From assembly GCA_040285745.1 (NCBI GenBank), contig JAUFOR010000002.1, positions 1,240,001-1,304,000 of the forward strand: 64,000 nucleotides of DNA. The letters run 5' to 3'. Position 1 is the stretch's first letter. Each line of letters begins with the position of its first letter. Of the stretch, positions 62,601-64,000 are shown piece after piece. The notes under the pieces are model-generated. The model saw only the letters and a list, made by a program, of their open reading frames with translations, was not told the origin of the DNA and searched no databases. The translations under genes were made by a program, and so were the position numbers. The DNA comes from Barthelona sp. PCE (taxonomy: Eukaryota).

Positions 62601-64000
62601 ACCTTGAGTCCATCTTTTAATACAGGAATAATATTCAAAAAACTTGATACCACTGCTGGTGATATAAACACGTCAATAGGCTTTGGAGCCAAAAGAATAA
62701 GCTTATTCGTATTGTCATGAACCTTATTAGCGGTTAAAACACTCTCTTTAATTTCAAAAAAATTGCTGTATGGTTCAATAAACAAAATACTATCATAACT
62801 GATGTCTGATGATTCTCCACTCATTGGTACCCGTTGAACACGTGATTTAACTAACTTCAGATCAATATCCAACGACGATGAATCATTTGGCTTGTCTAGA
62901 GTATAGAAATTATGAACATTCTCATGGTTATTAATGTAATCCTTCTCAGGATTCAAAAATCCATACGCCTCTTTTGCTGAAATACGATTCTTTGAGATAT
63001 CATCCTTGACTGTCTTCTCTTCAAATTCGTTTGAATCCATACTTTGCAAACTGTTGATATCAGTCATTGTAGTTGCTCCGAATCGATCCGAATCCTTCAT
63101 AAAGTAGTTCTCACTCTCGTCCGAATACAGAGATGACTCCCTATCGTAGTCCATGTGAAGCCAGGACAGGCGCTTCTCCACATCGTGTTTGATACAGAAC
63201 TCCCTTTGCTCCTGCATAATCTCCTTTGCTTCTTTTGTTTCAAACGTCTTAAACAATTGAACAGATGTTTCAACTGAAAACACCTCCTTAAATGTATTCG
63301 ATTCATCAATACAATTCAAAAGAGATGCTGCGATCCTTCCCACAGAAACTGTTAGACTATTCTCGCTCGTTGAAGAAGCTATGTTGGTCTGACCCAGGCT
63401 CATAGATGACAATTTTGAATAAAAAACATCAGCATCAGTAAGATGTAGTGCTATATTGATGCAATTCACAGCAACTAACCTCTGAAACGGTACGACCATC
63501 TTCTGAGGTTCGTAGACCTCATCCATGATGTGATGGGAGCCAGGCCAGCCATTAAGATTGGACAAAAAGCTGGCTATAAAGTTCTGCAGCTGCAAGAATG
63601 CATCAAAATCTGAGGCAACATTGATGCTGTCGATTGTATATATCTCATCGTTGAAATAAGGAACTCCATCATTATTGAAGCCCAAACGCTTGAGAATAAT
63701 CTTCTTACAGTGAGCAATTCTCTTTGATTTGAGTAATGTTGATATCTGCAAATTTGGCAACGCTACCTCCATGATTCCCGATCCAGGCTTGTTAGCACCG
63801 AGCATATTAAAGTTAAGCTCTTGTGCAAATCCAACTAAACAGTCATTTGACTCTTTTAAAACACACCGTTCACGACAGGTGTTAATCATTTCCTCACTGA
63901 GCTTAATGTTAACCTTACGTTGTTTTGTCAGTGTGACAATACACGCGTTAATATCAGGGAACGTAATTTTTGGTAACAATACAAAAAGATTATGACAATC
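56633..64000 (-). CDS. Bridge-like lipid transfer protein BLTP1/KIAA1109/Csf1-like; 5' end lies outside the window
   Basis: More than 2450 aa, open to the window edge; beta-groove-like composition; C-terminal FESHFEDAIKV and FNLAPRL...ILGLLGF...IIPKSLH resemble the KIAA1109 end. Confidence 0.75.
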   Translation of the reverse strand, partial: DCHNLFVLLPKITFPDINACIVTLTKQRKVNIKLSEEMINTCRERCVLKESNDCLVGFAQELNFNMLGANKPGSGIMEVALPNLQISTLLKSKRIAHCKKIILKRLGFNNDGVPYFNDEIYTIDSINVASDFDAFLQLQNFIASFLSNLNGWPGSHHIMDEVYEPQKMVVPFQRLVAVNCINIALHLTDADVFYSKLSSMSLGQTNIASSTSENSLTVSVGRIAASLLNCIDESNTFKEVFSVETSVQLFKTFETKEAKEIMQEQREFCIKHDVEKRLSWLHMDYDRESSLYSDESENYFMKDSDRFGATTMTDINSLQSMDSNEFEEKTVKDDISKNRISAKEAYGFLNPEKDYINNHENVHNFYTLDKPNDSSSLDIDLKLVKSRVQRVPMSGESSDISYDSILFIEPYSNFFEIKESVLTANKVHDNTNKLILLAPKPIDVFISPAVVSSFLNIIPVLKDGLKVSFDQLLDKSISGVFSTNTDNVKIRSLMETHLIGIRFDVPLYTNAFVGTVPPAFAQEMNRTVTTAIPMIQSLDMILAVDVRMLSFVQRRNTSQQSSALCVSVDELTCNLTCLGSPKYFTGVACSMLPGSVSAVGMSVFAMSVKKPQLYLAAYKSADKQIVSIESFKTVIAPCLPHVVHRLIATYKDLASDRLKSAFKTLKTVSKPELQQMFALRVMTPLKDEYNTSIEKLFEDLFFLPADVKESIIDQLLVLYELQNDQPKKQKTTGKIKKQKHDLQISVSRLSMHINGNNEVKNDMDVVINNGRFVLGFNNAKRYITSVIVESVLVHGEPELYKTVFSYLEMVNHEHIAREYLSRISKGYKAQQRSERQFNKASATRQLREILRQAQKDEEEPLQYLTTPKRSDTISSMVDPFIFKNDKNSLTPFNFASPQQVENMNLVITPRSPMRKSTKDLMEILGPYISPQMSEEDVDLAIDVIGKMDSFSRKKTVSFSGNNDVQTLLINISKVSVVLENSNLHSAIAVSLSQCSIVDTQYPTTGGRIHCENYLVLERSSSVNINSIVFSAGYDEKFESLFSIQNMFFNLAALTPHQAADEDVIRTLNNALNMNIALHVPANSVFWVTLGTFFESLLPGWYAAPKPLINNRAQSDSLSIPTAVSESTKAKLFSHIINVYGDNLPDNVTKSLSLFLPNASEQGTDFSGSVATGSRKHTRSASGLAVPEHTVPTVVLFNCNIPEITVNLPSDNHNISIKFTPVLLSFNNRHSPLLAFELTKTVITTTSSDNVTEVQLPKTTVWKTQNESGCSEIALCIARMETTVTSAFIQQILSLQETLQKSLLPVMEKMVQFGKQSTTQQLISGTKEIWTERKEMRASSKSIDVKPIDVKIFFNGIGITAESPASSVKLETGLIEIDVRKELKTNFNIKFTDTSIQLLAHKFNVRGVVHDSVCLIDSKLSMVISNELSTIDVPFISLMLHDIDCTIYPASIRSLNMFSRFFAKVFSSNKQKSVVSSLPPGASFAETQQAINDMMEKTKSSTSSILKSIGFGVELRTIGVFLPSVSPLDDVTNDPHILEINLRDLSIVGRRRHDLKKSILTTLLRVSQLTALTNSGVFVDFSGLSVKISGPMTENELSLTSVLNCRPLIFNVLPAHLKHFKVILSQWQLDSLFVRKQMNVLGVGSIDNRSTLSGKSGVTITTATDVSMDQETGDPINSVLVSLSTTPKKTIVINYNIQIDKIAVVCREDTEDVVQEIIFPVTIMNGQFSNAVDIPLNFGCMVRISKFVIDFTPQFKDYVINTVSILSEIPNGNDLFHQMVDSVSTWETHATAELTNQLLYNYEVSKTKEKQKKKLKLEVQTRRMREQKSLMSTSNSSFAVALYIDRVGVSIPAEDVSTTLSVDLKRTALTFSSTLATGAVISAATIEAPNITCQLSSRVHRSLTTFFKSKINGFKTNVQMCTGITENPHIIITTELGSLESNVELPNIELLKTMIENYKPAVDDIAEVNEKLEHDKKLVAIKSPPQQLKKKRKKHKKRKKKRKRKKAFKTVVVSCNLKHIRLSADLGSKVGEVSLTFSQPVFTARLFDESKLYLNFMLAHIELEAMGALKGGFQFANLNFSRFMYPNRGESGSRFSIDSINGVLEYRLHHLLSFTNNGIVVLIADMPDEVVEAVGEHIYEHIALLDIDTIDIVLSAQTVPSLLDVLQSIQEMYINKATEEIGFRYASSSSPSQSPSPSLSDESIIHEITTQAAAETLKDEFYDSMSFFFTANIRNVRANIFPADIYSRQWVSVMIEGFEMELNAYTLQNHIARDCLLVINDVFLSMLAANNPVARQMSERLSDHTATSILRIPNGEMKMISVQKEPTDCIDVVVAFESHFEDAIKVSLNKNLYDLFRSTVSSYVEELQTREKGEENEADKVKSIKQVLPFHYEVRSFNLAPRLDAIGGAKADFNKILGLLGFDNPEVIIPKSLHKNFIVPIESIFKKLPTLKNTTE

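Noticed and set aside
56955-63995. Many plus-strand ORFs up to 297 aa opposite the BLTP1-like gene
   Set aside because: Typical antisense shadows with no independent coding evidence.
1-64000. Alternative genetic code (stop reassignment)
   Set aside because: Conserved genes end at expected positions with TAA, TAG and occasionally TGA, and contain no in-frame stops.

Overview
Gene-dense, AT-rich, intron-poor eukaryotic DNA that uses the standard genetic code. It looks like a compact genome of a flagellated and probably anaerobic protist, but the organism cannot be named from the sequence alone. About 31 host genes are present, including katanin p80, ARL13, calcineurin B, a FAM21/WASHC2-like gene with a 46-nt intron, RPT4, a GH13 amylase, BRE1, DOLPP1, a dynamin-related protein, a bacterial-type CoA-disulfide reductase-rhodanese, Pirh2, beta'-COP and BLTP1. 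A degenerate kinesin-PH gene at the left edge was missed by the ORF track. The standout is a complete, GC-richer 6.08-kb tyrosine-recombinase (DIRS-order) retrotransposon at 24811-30893 with near-identical split direct repeats (A1...B1-A2-B2). It has four unusual properties: (1) gag and pol are in frame, separated by one TGA followed by a hairpin (candidate readthrough); (2) the RNase H C-terminus, a decayed methyltransferase-like segment and the tyrosine recombinase share one ORF; (3) the A and B repeats are cryptic imperfect complements of each other, with G-U pairs on the plus strand; (4) there is an extra upstream ORF.
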